A DNA stretch of 64,000 bases from an uncultured Chloroflexia bacterium (GTDB taxonomy: Bacteria > Chloroflexota > Anaerolineae > Anaerolineales > UBA4823): assembly GCA_963797475.1 (NCBI GenBank), contig CAWCPR010000012.1:219195-283194 (forward strand). Direction: 5' to 3'. This document shows positions 10,558-21,633 of the stretch, one piece after another. The notes under the pieces were generated by a model. The model worked only from the letters and a program-made list of their open reading frames with translations. It had not been told where the DNA came from and searched no databases. Numbering within the stretch: the stretch's first letter is position 1; each line of letters begins with the position of its first letter. A program made the translations under genes and the position numbers.

Positions 10558-11517
10558 ATGCCCATTGATCCGACGATTCTCCTTGAGATGTACCGGCGAA
10601 TGCTAACGATTCGCCGGTTTGAAGAGACTGCCTATAAGCTGTACTTGCAGGGTCTTATGGCAGGAGTGATGCATTTCGCCATTGGACAGGAGGCAGTGTC
10701 GGTAGGGGCAACAATTGGCCTGCGCAAGGAGGACTACATCACAAGTACGCATCGCGGACATGGAGATGTCATCGCAAAAGGCGCACGACCGGATCGAATG
10801 TTAGCCGAACTGCGCGCAAAAAGCACTGGCTACTGCGCAGCAAAAGGTGGGTCATTGCATATCATGGATTTCAGCCAGGGAGTGCTTGGGGCAAATGGAA
10901 TCGTGGCTGCAGGCGTTCCGATCGCCGCAGGTGCAGGGTTATCGATCCGGATGCGCGGTACGGATCAAGTGGTTGTATGTTTCATAGGGGATGGAGCGAT
11001 AGCTAATGGAGCTTTCCATGAGGGCTTTCACCTGGCCAGTTTATGGAAGCTTCCAGTAATTGTTGTGCGCCATAATAACCAATATGCAGAATCCACGCCA
11101 TTACGAGATTATCAGGGGATGCCAAACGTCGCTCAGTGGGTGTCCGGTTATGGGGCGACTGTTGTAGAGATCGACGGTAATGATGTGTTGGCTGTGTACG
11201 AAGCAGCCAGCAAGGCTATTGACGAAGCCCGGCACGGAGACGGGCCATTCTTTATCGATTGCAAAACTTACCGCTGGATGGGGCACAATGTCGGCGACCC
11301 CATGGCCTACCGACCTGAAGGGGAGTTAGAACATTGGAAGGACAAAGATCCTATCCTTCATTTCGAAAATTATTTTCTGGAAAAGAAAGTTGCCACAACA
11401 GAGGCGTTAGAAGTAATCAAGGAGGGAGTAAACCAGGTGATGGAAGACGCTGTTCGCTTCGCCGAGGAGAGCCCAGTACCGCAAATAGAAGAAGCTGTGA
11501 GTGACATCTATGCCTGA
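10558..11517 (+). CDS. TPP-dependent dehydrogenase E1 alpha subunit (acetoin/pyruvate type)
   Basis: GQEA, STHRGHG, GGSLH, GDGA...N TPP motif, TYRWMGH. Confidence 0.93.
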   Translation: MPIDPTILLEMYRRMLTIRRFEETAYKLYLQGLMAGVMHFAIGQEAVSVGATIGLRKEDYITSTHRGHGDVIAKGARPDRMLAELRAKSTGYCAAKGGSLHIMDFSQGVLGANGIVAAGVPIAAGAGLSIRMRGTDQVVVCFIGDGAIANGAFHEGFHLASLWKLPVIVVRHNNQYAESTPLRDYQGMPNVAQWVSGYGATVVEIDGNDVLAVYEAASKAIDEARHGDGPFFIDCKTYRWMGHNVGDPMAYRPEGELEHWKDKDPILHFENYFLEKKVATTEALEVIKEGVNQVMEDAVRFAEESPVPQIEEAVSDIYA

Positions 11518-12506
11518 GAAAAGAACACACTACGAGAGAAATCACTTATCGTGTTGCGATCAACGAGGCTTTAAGCGAAGAATTGGCGCGTGACCCAACC
11601 GTTTTTCTGCTCGGGGAAGATATCCAAGACCCCTGGATGGGGACCTATAACGTTACGGAAGGCCTATCGACCAAGTTTGGCCGTGAGCGGGTGAGAAATA
11701 CCCCTATATCAGAAAATGCCATCGTAGGAGCAGCCCTTGGCGCCGCTATCACCGGCATGAGACCGGTAGCCGAACTCATGTACGTTGATTTTGCCACGCT
11801 CGCGATGGACCAGCTCGTCAACCAGGCTGCAAAGATTCGTTATATGTCTGGCGGGCAGGTCAAAGTGCCCCTGGTCGTGAGGGCACAAGGCGGCGCGGGG
11901 CGCTCATTAGGGGCGCAACACTCGCAAAGCCTGGAGGCCTGGTTCGTTCACGTTCCTGGGCTGCAAGTAGTAATCCCATCGACACCCTACGATGCGAAGG
12001 GATTGCTGAAGACCGCGATACGCGGAAATAACCCTGTGATATATCTGGAACATAAAATGTTGTACAACACGAAAGGGGAGGTTCCCGAAGGAGAATATTT
12101 AATCCCATTCGGGCAAGCAAGCATCAAGCGCCAGGGGATTGATGTAACCATTGTGGCAATCTCTCGTATGGTCTTGTGGGCGTTAGAGGCAGCGGAAACA
12201 CTTTCGCAAGAAGGTATAGAAGCCGAAGTGATTGATCCCAGAACGATTAATCCGTTGGACGAAGAGGCGATTTTAGGATCGGTTAAGAAGACCAGCCGGC
12301 TGGTTATCGCCCATGAGGCCTGGGAGCGAGGCGGGTGGGGGTCTGAATTATCCGCTTTGGTCGCTGACAAAGCAATCGAGTACCTGGATGCGCCGATTAA
12401 AAGGGTTGCTGCAAAAAACAGCCCTATCGGGTTTGCGCCTCAATTCGAATCCTACATTATTCCCGGGCCGAAGGAGATCGTGGCAGCGGTTAAGGATCTC
12501 TTTTGA
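11510..12506 (+). CDS. 2-oxoacid dehydrogenase E1 beta subunit (probable +1 frameshift in the A-run near 11520)
   Basis: REITYRVAINEAL, NTPISE, GAQHSQSLE, EVIDPRT. The ATG overlapping the alpha stop is one base out of frame with the 11583 ORF. Confidence 0.93.
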
Positions 12507-12531
12507 AAGCAAAATATTCAAGGAGTTTTTC

Positions 12532-13365
12532 ATGGAGATATTTGACACCCACGTTCACGTTTATCACCAAACGAAATTAGAGGATGTCTTGGGCCCCATG
12601 GATACTCTGGGCATCGCCCGGTCTGCTTTGCTGGCTGTCGATCATGGTCACAGCGGAGATGAGCGCGGAACGAATGTCGAAAATTCGTTCGTGGCGGATT
12701 TCACAAAGCAAGCCCCGGACCGGTTGGTCGGGTTTGGCTCAATCCACCCCGATCGAGGTGAGCGGGCAGTCAAAATCCTTGAAGAGATAATGGTCGATCT
12801 AGGCTTGAAAGGGATCAAGATTTATCCACACGCTGGCTTTTTTCCCAATGACCCCATCATGATGGAAGTTTATAAGCGGCTAGAAGCGTTGAAAGGGGTA
12901 TTGCTCGTCCATACTGGAATAAAAGCGTTGCCGCACCAGCGGATGATTTTCAACCGGCCTTTGCCCGTGGACGAGATTGCAGTTGCCTGTCCAAATTTGC
13001 CCATTGTGATATGTCATGCCGGATACCCCTGGGTCGATGAAGCGCTGTTGGTCTCGAGGTTTAACCAGAACGTTTGGATTGACTTGACTTTTTTGGATAC
13101 CCTGGAGTTAGTCACCGGTGACGCGGTTGTCTGGGATGTGCTGCGGAAAGCGAAAATCATGTTAGGCTGCGACCGGATGATCTGGGGCAGCGAAGGGGTT
13201 GATCTGGATTTGGAGCTCTACCCGGACGCCGGCTTGGAACGGATGCGGGGTTCGATTAAGCGGATACTTGATGCGCCTTTTTTGAATGATAAAGACAAGG
13301 AGGATATATTCGTTAATAACCCACAGCGTCTTCTTGCGGAGGCCGGTGATGCGCTTTTCAGCTAA
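12532..13365 (+). CDS. amidohydrolase_2 family protein
   Basis: DTHVH, GIKIYP, VHTG, ICHAG, MIWGSE; AAGGAG RBS before ATG 12532. Confidence 0.88.
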   Translation: MEIFDTHVHVYHQTKLEDVLGPMDTLGIARSALLAVDHGHSGDERGTNVENSFVADFTKQAPDRLVGFGSIHPDRGERAVKILEEIMVDLGLKGIKIYPHAGFFPNDPIMMEVYKRLEALKGVLLVHTGIKALPHQRMIFNRPLPVDEIAVACPNLPIVICHAGYPWVDEALLVSRFNQNVWIDLTFLDTLELVTGDAVVWDVLRKAKIMLGCDRMIWGSEGVDLDLELYPDAGLERMRGSIKRILDAPFLNDKDKEDIFVNNPQRLLAEAGDALFS

Positions 13366-13410
13366 TCTTTACAGGCCTAGCATGCGGTTTGAAAGGGAGC
13401 CGGGGCTGTC

Positions 13411-14673
13411 ATGAGATATGAAATCAAAATGCCCAAACTGGGCTTTGACATGGAAGCAGGCACGATCGTGCGCTGGATTAAGCAAAAAGGCGACCATGTG
13501 GAAGCTGGTAAGCCAGTTCTTGAAGTAGAGACCGATAAAGCCACAATCGAGGTGGAGGCATTAAATTCAGGCCTTTTGACAGATATCCTTGCTAAAGAAG
13601 GTGACACAGTGCTGGTAGGCGCTTCGATCGGGATTCTCGACAGCGAAGAGATCAAGACGTTCGAAGTCCTATCGCCACGAGAAGCCCCTGGATCCCCGCT
13701 GCCCCCGACTTCGGAAAGCAATCGAGCCACGGAAGCCAGTAGATTACCTTCAGAAGAAAAGCCGGCAGAAAGAAATGGGGATGCACCTGTAGCCATTTCG
13801 CCATTAGCACGCAAGATCGCAAAAGAAGACGGCCTCGACATTTATGGAATCGAGGGGACCGGCCCGCGGGGAATGATCGTCAAGAGGGATGTCCTTAAGT
13901 TCATTCAATCTACCCGAAAGCGCTCCGCACGAGAGGAACCGTTATATCCGGTTGATGAGTCAGCAGAAATCGGCGCCCAACCGGCGATAGCCCGAACACA
14001 GCGCGTCCCGCTAAGCAAGATGCGCCAGGCAATCGCTCGAAGAATGACCCATGCATTGACCACTATCCCCCAATTCACAATCAGTATGGGAGCGGAAATG
14101 TCAAAGTCGATGGATCTGCGGAAATCCTATAACGCAGTTCATCCGGAAGAGGGACATCTAAGCTTTAATGATCTTGTTGTCAGGGCGGTGGCGCTCGCTC
14201 TGAGAAAATACCCGCGTTTGAACAGCTCCTTTGATGAAGGTGCTTTGGAAATGCATGAAGAGATTAATATCGGGATCGCGGTGGCCCTGGATGAGGGCTT
14301 GATAACAGTTGTAATTCCGAACGTGGACCAAAAGGCTTTAAGTCAAATCGCTGCTGAAATTAGGGGAGTAATAAGACAGGCCAAGGCGGGAAAACTGAGT
14401 CCCCATGATCTTACGGGCAGCACTTTTACAGTTAGTAATCTGGGAATGTTCGGGGTCGATAAGTTCACAGCCTTGATCAACCCACCGGAAGCCGCGATTC
14501 TGGCTGTAGGCGCAGTGCAAGAAATCCCCTGGAATGTAAATGGAGTCTTAATGCTGCAGCCTCGTGTGGAATTGACCCTGTCGGTCGATCATCGCGTGAG
14601 CGATGGCGCAGAAGCGGCCAGATTCCTGCAGGTTGTCAGGAATTATCTTGAAGAGCCTATGTTAATGATCTGA
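13411..14673 (+). CDS. dihydrolipoamide acyltransferase E2
   Basis: Lipoyl domain ETDKA, E3-binding GTGPRG, catalytic DHRVSDG. Confidence 0.95.
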   Translation: MRYEIKMPKLGFDMEAGTIVRWIKQKGDHVEAGKPVLEVETDKATIEVEALNSGLLTDILAKEGDTVLVGASIGILDSEEIKTFEVLSPREAPGSPLPPTSESNRATEASRLPSEEKPAERNGDAPVAISPLARKIAKEDGLDIYGIEGTGPRGMIVKRDVLKFIQSTRKRSAREEPLYPVDESAEIGAQPAIARTQRVPLSKMRQAIARRMTHALTTIPQFTISMGAEMSKSMDLRKSYNAVHPEEGHLSFNDLVVRAVALALRKYPRLNSSFDEGALEMHEEINIGIAVALDEGLITVVIPNVDQKALSQIAAEIRGVIRQAKAGKLSPHDLTGSTFTVSNLGMFGVDKFTALINPPEAAILAVGAVQEIPWNVNGVLMLQPRVELTLSVDHRVSDGAEAARFLQVVRNYLEEPMLMI

Positions 14674-14691
14674 GCGGCAGGAGAAAAAAGC

Positions 14692-15891
14692 ATGTCAATT
14701 CCGTCACGAGTTTTATGCGAAGAGATTGAAGAAAGGATAGCACGGGCAAGAAAAGAGATGTCGGAGCGCGGCTACGACGCTTTGATTGTATATGGGAACA
14801 ACAAAGTATACGGCAGCCTGCGGTATCTTACAGATTATTTCCCCGACCGGGCCGGCTGGGTCAGTTTTGGCCCCGATGACATCTACCTCTTTGATGGCGC
14901 GGCCCTGGTATTAACCAAAAGCAGTGAACCCGCGCTCATGCTGGAACGCGGCCTGGTGCTGGGAAAAGACGTTTGCACGCGAAAGGTGCTGTCGGGGGTA
15001 TGGGGCGCTGCGAAAGATAGCGGCCTGACTGCACGGAATGTGGCTAATATACTAAATGAGGCTGGAGGCATCGAGACTGTAGGGATTGAGACTTGGGAAC
15101 GTTTTCCCGCGCCCCTCTATCTGGAATTGATTGAAACGCTTCCGGAGATCAAATTTAAGCAGTCGCGCATTGTCGAAGAAATGCGCATGGTTAAATCCTC
15201 GCTAGAACTGGAAATATTCAGAAAAGCCGCGGCTGTGGGCGACCTGGCCCATCAGGCGTTTGCGGACCAACTGCGAGATGGAGTGGGCCGCACGGAGCTT
15301 GAGCTAATACGCCTGGCAGAGCATACGATGCGGCAGCGAGACCCAATCTACGAGGACTCCTGTGAGAATTCCCCCAGCCTGATCTGTTCCGGCTTTGCCG
15401 TTGGCGGCTCACTGCTTCATTTGCCGCAACATTCGAAAACCATCCAACCGGGCGACGCCGTACATTGGGATATCTGCAACCGTTACAACGGATACGCCAT
15501 TGACACATCGCGCACCAAAGTGGTTGGGAAGCCCACAGCCCTTCAGAACAGGGCATATGAAACCACGCTCAACATGTTTGACGAAGTCCTTAAGGTCGCT
15601 AAGCCAGGCGTCCCCGCTGTAGAACTGGTGCAAACTGCCAAACGCGTAGCGCAAGAAGCCAATTTTGAGCTTCTGGATGGGTTCGTCGGTCATGGTATTG
15701 GTTTGGATGCCCATGAACGCCCCGATCTTGTTGAAGAGGGAACGCCCTTAGCGTTAAACATGGTGCTGGCTATCGAGCCGCGCATCGCGATTGATGGCAT
15801 CTATATTCTTGGGGTAGAGGATATGGTGCTCATCACGGATGAAGGCGGAAAGTCTCTAACCCAATTCGAAAAGCAGCCTCTCCAGATTTGA
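14692..15891 (+). CDS. M24 (Xaa-Pro peptidase) family hydrolase
   Basis: RMVKSSLE, GYAIDTSRT, GHGIGLDAHERP, AIEP, VED. Confidence 0.88.
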   Translation: MSIPSRVLCEEIEERIARARKEMSERGYDALIVYGNNKVYGSLRYLTDYFPDRAGWVSFGPDDIYLFDGAALVLTKSSEPALMLERGLVLGKDVCTRKVLSGVWGAAKDSGLTARNVANILNEAGGIETVGIETWERFPAPLYLELIETLPEIKFKQSRIVEEMRMVKSSLELEIFRKAAAVGDLAHQAFADQLRDGVGRTELELIRLAEHTMRQRDPIYEDSCENSPSLICSGFAVGGSLLHLPQHSKTIQPGDAVHWDICNRYNGYAIDTSRTKVVGKPTALQNRAYETTLNMFDEVLKVAKPGVPAVELVQTAKRVAQEANFELLDGFVGHGIGLDAHERPDLVEEGTPLALNMVLAIEPRIAIDGIYILGVEDMVLITDEGGKSLTQFEKQPLQI

Positions 15892-15931
15892 TGGCTGGCT
15901 TTTTCCCTCAGCCGGGCTGTTCACTCAGCCA

Positions 15932-16879
15932 TTGCTGAGACTGGCGGCAGAGTCTTCTATGAGAACGCAAATCCCTTGGTCGGATGTCCCGGTTATTGCG
16001 GTCGTCCCTATTTGGGGATTTGATTACATCGTCACAAAGGTAGCCTTGAGAGGGTTAAACCCGCTCGTTTACGCCTCGCTCAGGTTTGTGTTTGCTTCAA
16101 TTCTACTGATGATCGTGCAACGCCGTTTTTCTAATCCAGGTTATTCTCCTCGAGCGCTATTGAAGATCGCTGCAGCCGGGGTGATAGGAGTGTCAGTGTA
16201 CCATGCTTGCTATACAACAGGATTGAAATATATTGGCGCTTCGGAAGCTTCCTTGCTAATTGCAACCTCGCCAATCTTCACAGCTTTCGTCGCTGCTGGC
16301 TTTGGATCAGAGAAGTTGGTTAAGAAACAAATGATTGGAGCGATCATTGCCCTGATCGGTGTTGGATTTGTGGTATCTCGAGGGCTGAGCGGACTGCAGT
16401 TCCAGGCCTCCACGCTCCTGGGTTATATTCTGATGTTGATCACAGCCGCGTCTTTTGGATTCCGCTCTGTGGTACTCCAGCCGGTGCTCGAACAATACCC
16501 CTCGATTCCAACGGTCACTCGTGCAATCCTCGCCGGTACCTTCGCCCTGCTTGTAATTTCCATCTTTTCCTTCTTTTCTCAGGATTGGAAGGCTGTAGAT
16601 TCTTTGTGCTGGTTGGCTATCGGATATGGTGCTATTTTTTCCACTGCCATAGGCTATGTGCTCTGGTACCGCGGGGTTGGTCGGATCGGAGCCACGCGGA
16701 CAATGCTTTACTACTACCTTGTTCCTCTGAGCGCTGTACTTTTTTCCATACTATTTTTGAATGAAAGATTCACCTTGTCTATTTTTGTTGGCGGAATATT
16801 AATTTTTGCAGGAGTTGCGGTTGCTAAATGGGACAAAACAGCAACGAATAAGCTAGAACGATGGCGTTTATGTAGATAA
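15932..16879 (+). CDS. DMT/EamA family transporter
   Basis: About 10 TM segments in two EamA repeats; the start may be ATG 15959. Confidence 0.88.
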   Translation: MLRLAAESSMRTQIPWSDVPVIAVVPIWGFDYIVTKVALRGLNPLVYASLRFVFASILLMIVQRRFSNPGYSPRALLKIAAAGVIGVSVYHACYTTGLKYIGASEASLLIATSPIFTAFVAAGFGSEKLVKKQMIGAIIALIGVGFVVSRGLSGLQFQASTLLGYILMLITAASFGFRSVVLQPVLEQYPSIPTVTRAILAGTFALLVISIFSFFSQDWKAVDSLCWLAIGYGAIFSTAIGYVLWYRGVGRIGATRTMLYYYLVPLSAVLFSILFLNERFTLSIFVGGILIFAGVAVAKWDKTATNKLERWRLCR

Positions 16880-16931
16880 AACCCTCAACCATGTAAATCC
16901 GCCAGGAGATTAGAACAGATCGCCCTGGCAG

Positions 16932-17867
16932 ATGACAGAAATCTGTCCCAAGGAAGGCGAGATACCCTTGAAGAAGTTCATTTTTTTCTTGCCGAAATCG
17001 TTCGAGGAAGCCATCAAACTATTAAATCAAGAAGGGGCAGTTCCAATCGCCGGGGGTACAGATCTCGTTGTCTTGATGCAGGAAAATCGGGTAACTCCGA
17101 AAGCGCTTATCGATCTCTCATCTCTGGGTCTTGATTACATCCGAAAGAATGAAAACATTATCCACATAGGAGCGCTAACTACATTTGCTGCCATTGTCGA
17201 GAACGATATAGTGCGTAAAGCAATTCCGGTTCTCGCCCAGGCTGCTTCACAAATCGGCAGTGCTCAGACTAGAAACATGGCGACGCTTGGGGGAAATCTA
17301 TGCTCGGCAGTCCCTTCAGCGGATTCGGCTCCTCCACTCATGGTTTTAGATGCTTCTGTGTGCCTCATCAACAAAGACGGGTATCGTTTTCTCCCTTTGC
17401 AGCAATTTTTTGTGGGTCCCCGAAGAACTATCCTAAATCCGGGAGAGTTGTTGGTTGAGGTATTAATTCCAATTCCCGCCATTAATTCCGGAACCCATTT
17501 TGCGAAACTCGGGCGTCGCAAATCGCTTTCTCTAGCTGTCGTTAATGCTGCAACCATGCTAAGGATTAACCATGAGAACTATATCGAAGATGCCCGTATT
17601 GCTTTAGGTGCTGTGGCTCCTACTCCAGTACGGGCGAAAAATGCTGAAAACCTGCTGAAAGGAAAAGTTTTGGATGAGCTTCTGCTGGAAGAAGCGATAA
17701 ATATCGTCGATAAAGACATTTCACCGATCGATGATTTTCGCGCTTCAGCTAACTATCGCAGTCGCGTGTCTCGTGTTTTGGCCAGGCGAACACTTCAAGA
17801 GGCATGGAATAAGGCGCAACAGGCCCTGATGAGTGAAGTTAATGAGCAGATCAACAGTCAGTTTTAG
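16932..17867 (+). CDS. xanthine-dehydrogenase-family FAD-binding subunit
   Basis: IAGGTDL, RNMATLGGN, PSADSAP, SPIDDFRAS. Confidence 0.93.
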   Translation: MTEICPKEGEIPLKKFIFFLPKSFEEAIKLLNQEGAVPIAGGTDLVVLMQENRVTPKALIDLSSLGLDYIRKNENIIHIGALTTFAAIVENDIVRKAIPVLAQAASQIGSAQTRNMATLGGNLCSAVPSADSAPPLMVLDASVCLINKDGYRFLPLQQFFVGPRRTILNPGELLVEVLIPIPAINSGTHFAKLGRRKSLSLAVVNAATMLRINHENYIEDARIALGAVAPTPVRAKNAENLLKGKVLDELLLEEAINIVDKDISPIDDFRASANYRSRVSRVLARRTLQEAWNKAQQALMSEVNEQINSQF

Positions 17868-18328
17868 ATTAAACGGAAATTCTGTCCAGGTGCAGGTGGC
17901 TCCCCATGAGCTGCTGGTTGACGTACTTCGCAATAAATTTGAGCTTACCGGGACTAAAAAAGGCTGTGGGAGTGGAGAATGCGGCGCTTGTACCGTTTTA
18001 CTTGATGGCCGACCTGTCAGTTCTTGCCTAGTTCTGGCATGGAGAGCAGCAGGTAGGGAGATCACTACAATTGAGGGGCTGGGGGATTCCAGCGAGACTC
18101 CATATCCTGCAAGAAAAGTTTATCACTCATGGGGCTGTACAGTGCGGGTTTTGTGCACCCGGGATGATCCTCTCCGCTTATGCGCTGCTCGAGACCAATC
18201 CGGAACCTACGACCACCGATATCCGAGAAGCAATTTCCGGAAATCTATGCCGGTGTTCTGGCTATTCCAAAATAATCGAGGCTATTCAGGATGTTATCAA
18301 TACAAAGCAAGAACTGGAAGTGATATGA
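17842..18328 (+). CDS. xanthine-dehydrogenase-family (2Fe-2S) subunit (frameshift near 18085-18100)
   Basis: GCGSGECGACTVL...SSC in one frame; QCGFCAPG...GNLCRCSGY in the 18071-18328 frame. Confidence 0.9.
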
Positions 18329-19578
18329 GCTTTTCTTCTATTGGCAAACGCATCCCGCGTTTAGATGCTTCGCTTCAAGTTGCGGGTCGATCTATTTACG
18401 TGGATGACATTTCAAGACCTGACATTTTGTATGCCAGAGCGCTAAGGAGCAGCCTGCCGCATGCGAGGGTTATTCACCTGGATGTCTCAGGAGCTGTTCA
18501 CAGCCCAGGAGTTGTCTCCGTGCTCACTGCGGAAGATGTCCCAAACAACCGCTGGGGATTCAGCCATCTTGATCAACCTGTCCTATGTGACACGGTCGTC
18601 CGCTATTCAGGCGATCCGGTGGCGGCTGTAGCAGCGGTTTCGGAGGACGCTGCTGAAGAAGCGCTTTCGTTAATTAAAGTCGACTATGATCCACTGCCGG
18701 CTGTCTTTGATCCTGTTGAAGCCATGCACGACGCGGCACCGAAGATCCACGGCGAAAGTAATATTGCTGCTCAGATCAGGATAAGGTTTGGCAACATGGA
18801 GGAAGGTTGGAAGGAAGCTGATGAGATCGTAGAGGAGACGTATAAAACCCAAAGGGTACAGCACTGCCATTTGGAGCCCCACGTCGCTATTGCTGAGGTC
18901 ATTGGGGATGGTCGTCTTATCGTGTACAGCAGTCTTCAACGTGTCTTCCGCATCGCACAAGACCTCAGTCAAATTCTGAAAATCCCGGAGGATCGTATTA
19001 TCGTGAAATCACCCGCTGTGGGTGGGGGGTTCGGATCCAAAACAGAAGTAAGCGTCGAGCCACTTGCATGCCTGTTTGCAATTAAAACTCGGCGGCCCGT
19101 AAAAATGATCTTTTCCCGCCGAGAAGAATTCCTGGCAGCTCCTATCCGGCATCCTTTCGTTGCAAAGTACCGCAGCGGTATCAAGAGCGATGGAAGAATT
19201 GTCGCGCGACAAATAGAACTGATCAGCGATACAGGCGCATACGTATCCCAGGGACAATCCGTCCTGGCAAAAGCGGCCATTAATGCTTGTGGCCCGTATC
19301 GCATCCCAAACGTGCGCGTGGACGGGTATTTAGTTTATACCAATACAAACATTGGCAGTGCGATGCGTGGCTTTGGAGTTCCTCAAGTCGCCTTTGCCTA
19401 CGAATCTCACACAGATACGCTGGCGCGAAGTCTCGGCATGGACCCTCTCTATTTCCGCTTAAAAAACCTCTTAGAAGATGGCGCAATCTTGCCTACGGGC
19501 CAACTGCTGGGGAAGGTCGCTGCGAAAGATACGCTTCTGGAGGCATGTAAACTTGCCGGCTGGGAGCTGGAAGGGTAA
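18325..19578 (+). CDS. molybdenum hydroxylase large Mo-binding subunit (NdhL-like N-half)
   Basis: Starts MSFSSIGKRIPR (ATGA overlap); HLEPH, VGGGFGSK, AMRGFGVPQ. Confidence 0.9.
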   Translation: MSFSSIGKRIPRLDASLQVAGRSIYVDDISRPDILYARALRSSLPHARVIHLDVSGAVHSPGVVSVLTAEDVPNNRWGFSHLDQPVLCDTVVRYSGDPVAAVAAVSEDAAEEALSLIKVDYDPLPAVFDPVEAMHDAAPKIHGESNIAAQIRIRFGNMEEGWKEADEIVEETYKTQRVQHCHLEPHVAIAEVIGDGRLIVYSSLQRVFRIAQDLSQILKIPEDRIIVKSPAVGGGFGSKTEVSVEPLACLFAIKTRRPVKMIFSRREEFLAAPIRHPFVAKYRSGIKSDGRIVARQIELISDTGAYVSQGQSVLAKAAINACGPYRIPNVRVDGYLVYTNTNIGSAMRGFGVPQVAFAYESHTDTLARSLGMDPLYFRLKNLLEDGAILPTGQLLGKVAAKDTLLEACKLAGWELEG

Positions 19579-19584
19579 TTGCAT

Positions 19585-20587
19585 ATGAAAAGGCGTGGGA
19601 GAGGCATAGGCTGTATTATTTACCCTGTTGGAGCGACTGCTCACTCGAATCCAAGCAATGTGATTCTGAAAGTTTAACGACGATGGGAGCGCTACACTCG
19701 TGACAGGAACCTCGGACATTGGTCAGGGGTCAAACACTGTTCTTTGCCAGATAGCCGCTGAGGAGCTGGGCATTTCCTACGTGGATGTCAAAGTGATCTC
19801 AAGCGATACTGAAGTCACCCCTTATGACCACGGAGCGGGCGCCAGCCGGCAAACGTATATAGCAGGAAATGCAGCCCGGACCGCGGCCCAAAAAATCAAG
19901 AAAGTTTTATTCGATATCGCTGGAAGAGATTTACAGGCCGACCCCCATAGACTTTATGCCAAAGATGGATGGATTATTCTGGAGGACGATCCTCAAAAAC
20001 GAATTCCTGTTTCCAGGGCCGCCAAAATTGCATATTCTGAAGCGAATGACCCGCTGCCGATAGCCTATGGAACTTACGATCCTGACGTTACCAGCCTGGA
20101 TGCGGAGACGGGACAAGGTATCCCATTTGAAACTTACGTGTTTGGGACCCAGATCGCCGAAGTGGAGGTGGACGATGAGACTGGTGAAGTTGAAGTCTTG
20201 AAGGTCACGGCGGTCCACGATTGTGGATTTCCCATTAATCCCATGCTTGTAGAAGGACAGATCCAGGGTGGTATTTCAATGGGAATTGGATATGCGCTCT
20301 TAGAGGAAATCGTCGTCGAAAATGGCTGCGTTTTGAATCCAAACTTTGTTGATTATGTCTTACCCACCGCTTCTGATATGCCAGAGGTCCAAATTGGATT
20401 TATTGAATCTCTAGACCCTAGAGGTCCTTTTGGCGCGAAAGGGATCGGGGAGCCGGCTACGGTTCCGACTGCGCCCGCGATCATTAACGCAATCTACGAT
20501 GCCGTGGGGGTCCGCATTCGCGAGCTGCCGGCGACGCCTGAGAAAGTGTTGCAGGCGCTGGATGAATTGACAAAGGAGCATGGTTGA
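19585..20587 (+). CDS. molybdenum hydroxylase medium Mo-binding subunit (NdhM-like C-half; frameshift near 19672)
   Basis: MKRRGRGIG...NPS, then DIGQGS, GASRQT, EGQIQGG, GPFGAKGIGE. Confidence 0.88.
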
Positions 20588-21623
20588 AATGAAAGCCGCA
20601 GTTCTGCAAAAGATCAAAACCCCGATTGTGATCGAGGAGCTACCCGTCCCACAGATTGGTCCATTTGACGTCTTGGTTCAGACCAGGGCATGCGGGATTT
20701 GCGGAACGGACATCCACATGTGGGATGGATGGGGCTATTGCCCAGATCTCCCATTTGTTATGGGTCATGAACCTAGCGGGGTCGTTGCCAGGGTTGGGGA
20801 GGAGGTAAGTCGTTTCCGGGTCGGTGATCGAGTGGTTCCCAACATCTTCTTCACTTGCGGTTATTGTTTCTACTGCCGGACGAATCGCGAGACCCAGTGC
20901 GAAAATCTGGACGGGATCCTGGGGGTCCTGAAGCATTGGGGCGGGTATGGAGAGTATTTCCGTGTACCTGAACGGCAGCTTTTTCATTTGCCTCCGGAGA
21001 TTTCATTTGCGGAGGGAGCAGTGATTGCAGACGCAGTTGTGACGGCAGTCCATGCGGTGAAACGCGGCCGCGTAGCCCCTGACGAAAAGGTCATTGTGAT
21101 CGGCATCGGCGGGTGCGGGGCGGCAGTTGCGCAAATATGCAAGTCATACGGAGCTTATGTAATTGGCGTAGATGTGGCAGATTCAAAGCTGAATCACGCG
21201 ATCGCCTTGGGGGTGGACGAAGCCGTGAATGCTGTGCAAGATGATCTACCGGAAGTCGTGCGGGAGCTAACCGACGGAAAAGGAGCTCACTGTATCATCG
21301 ACACAGTGGGCAATGAGGAGACTCTAACCCTGGGAACAAATTCTTTACGGAGGGGCGGCCGGGTGGTGATTTTAGGATATACGCAGGAGCGCTACCCGCT
21401 CGATCCACGACAGGTTGCAGTACTCGAGTTGGAGATCATTGGAACACGATCTGGTGGACGCCAATCGACTACAGAAGCAATACGTCTCGTAGCAAACCCG
21501 GCTTGGAAACCAATCGTTACCAATCTCTTCCCAATTGAAGATGTCAACCAGGCATTGGCGACTATGCGGGCTGGTGAAGCGCTGGGTAGGATCGTTCTCA
21601 CATTCGACAGTGAAGTCAGTTGA
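20580..21623 (+). CDS. zinc-dependent alcohol/polyol dehydrogenase (MDR family)
   Basis: CGTD, GHE, structural-Zn CxxCxxC...C, GIGGCG. Confidence 0.93.
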   Translation: MVEMKAAVLQKIKTPIVIEELPVPQIGPFDVLVQTRACGICGTDIHMWDGWGYCPDLPFVMGHEPSGVVARVGEEVSRFRVGDRVVPNIFFTCGYCFYCRTNRETQCENLDGILGVLKHWGGYGEYFRVPERQLFHLPPEISFAEGAVIADAVVTAVHAVKRGRVAPDEKVIVIGIGGCGAAVAQICKSYGAYVIGVDVADSKLNHAIALGVDEAVNAVQDDLPEVVRELTDGKGAHCIIDTVGNEETLTLGTNSLRRGGRVVILGYTQERYPLDPRQVAVLELEIIGTRSGGRQSTTEAIRLVANPAWKPIVTNLFPIEDVNQALATMRAGEALGRIVLTFDSEVS

Positions 21624-21633
21624 GGAGAGTTGC

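Noticed and set aside
17833-19578. Apparent 581-aa fusion of the 2Fe-2S and Mo subunits
   Set aside because: Artefact of a frameshift: the second Fe-S motif lies in another frame (18071-18328) and the Mo subunit has its own start at 18325.
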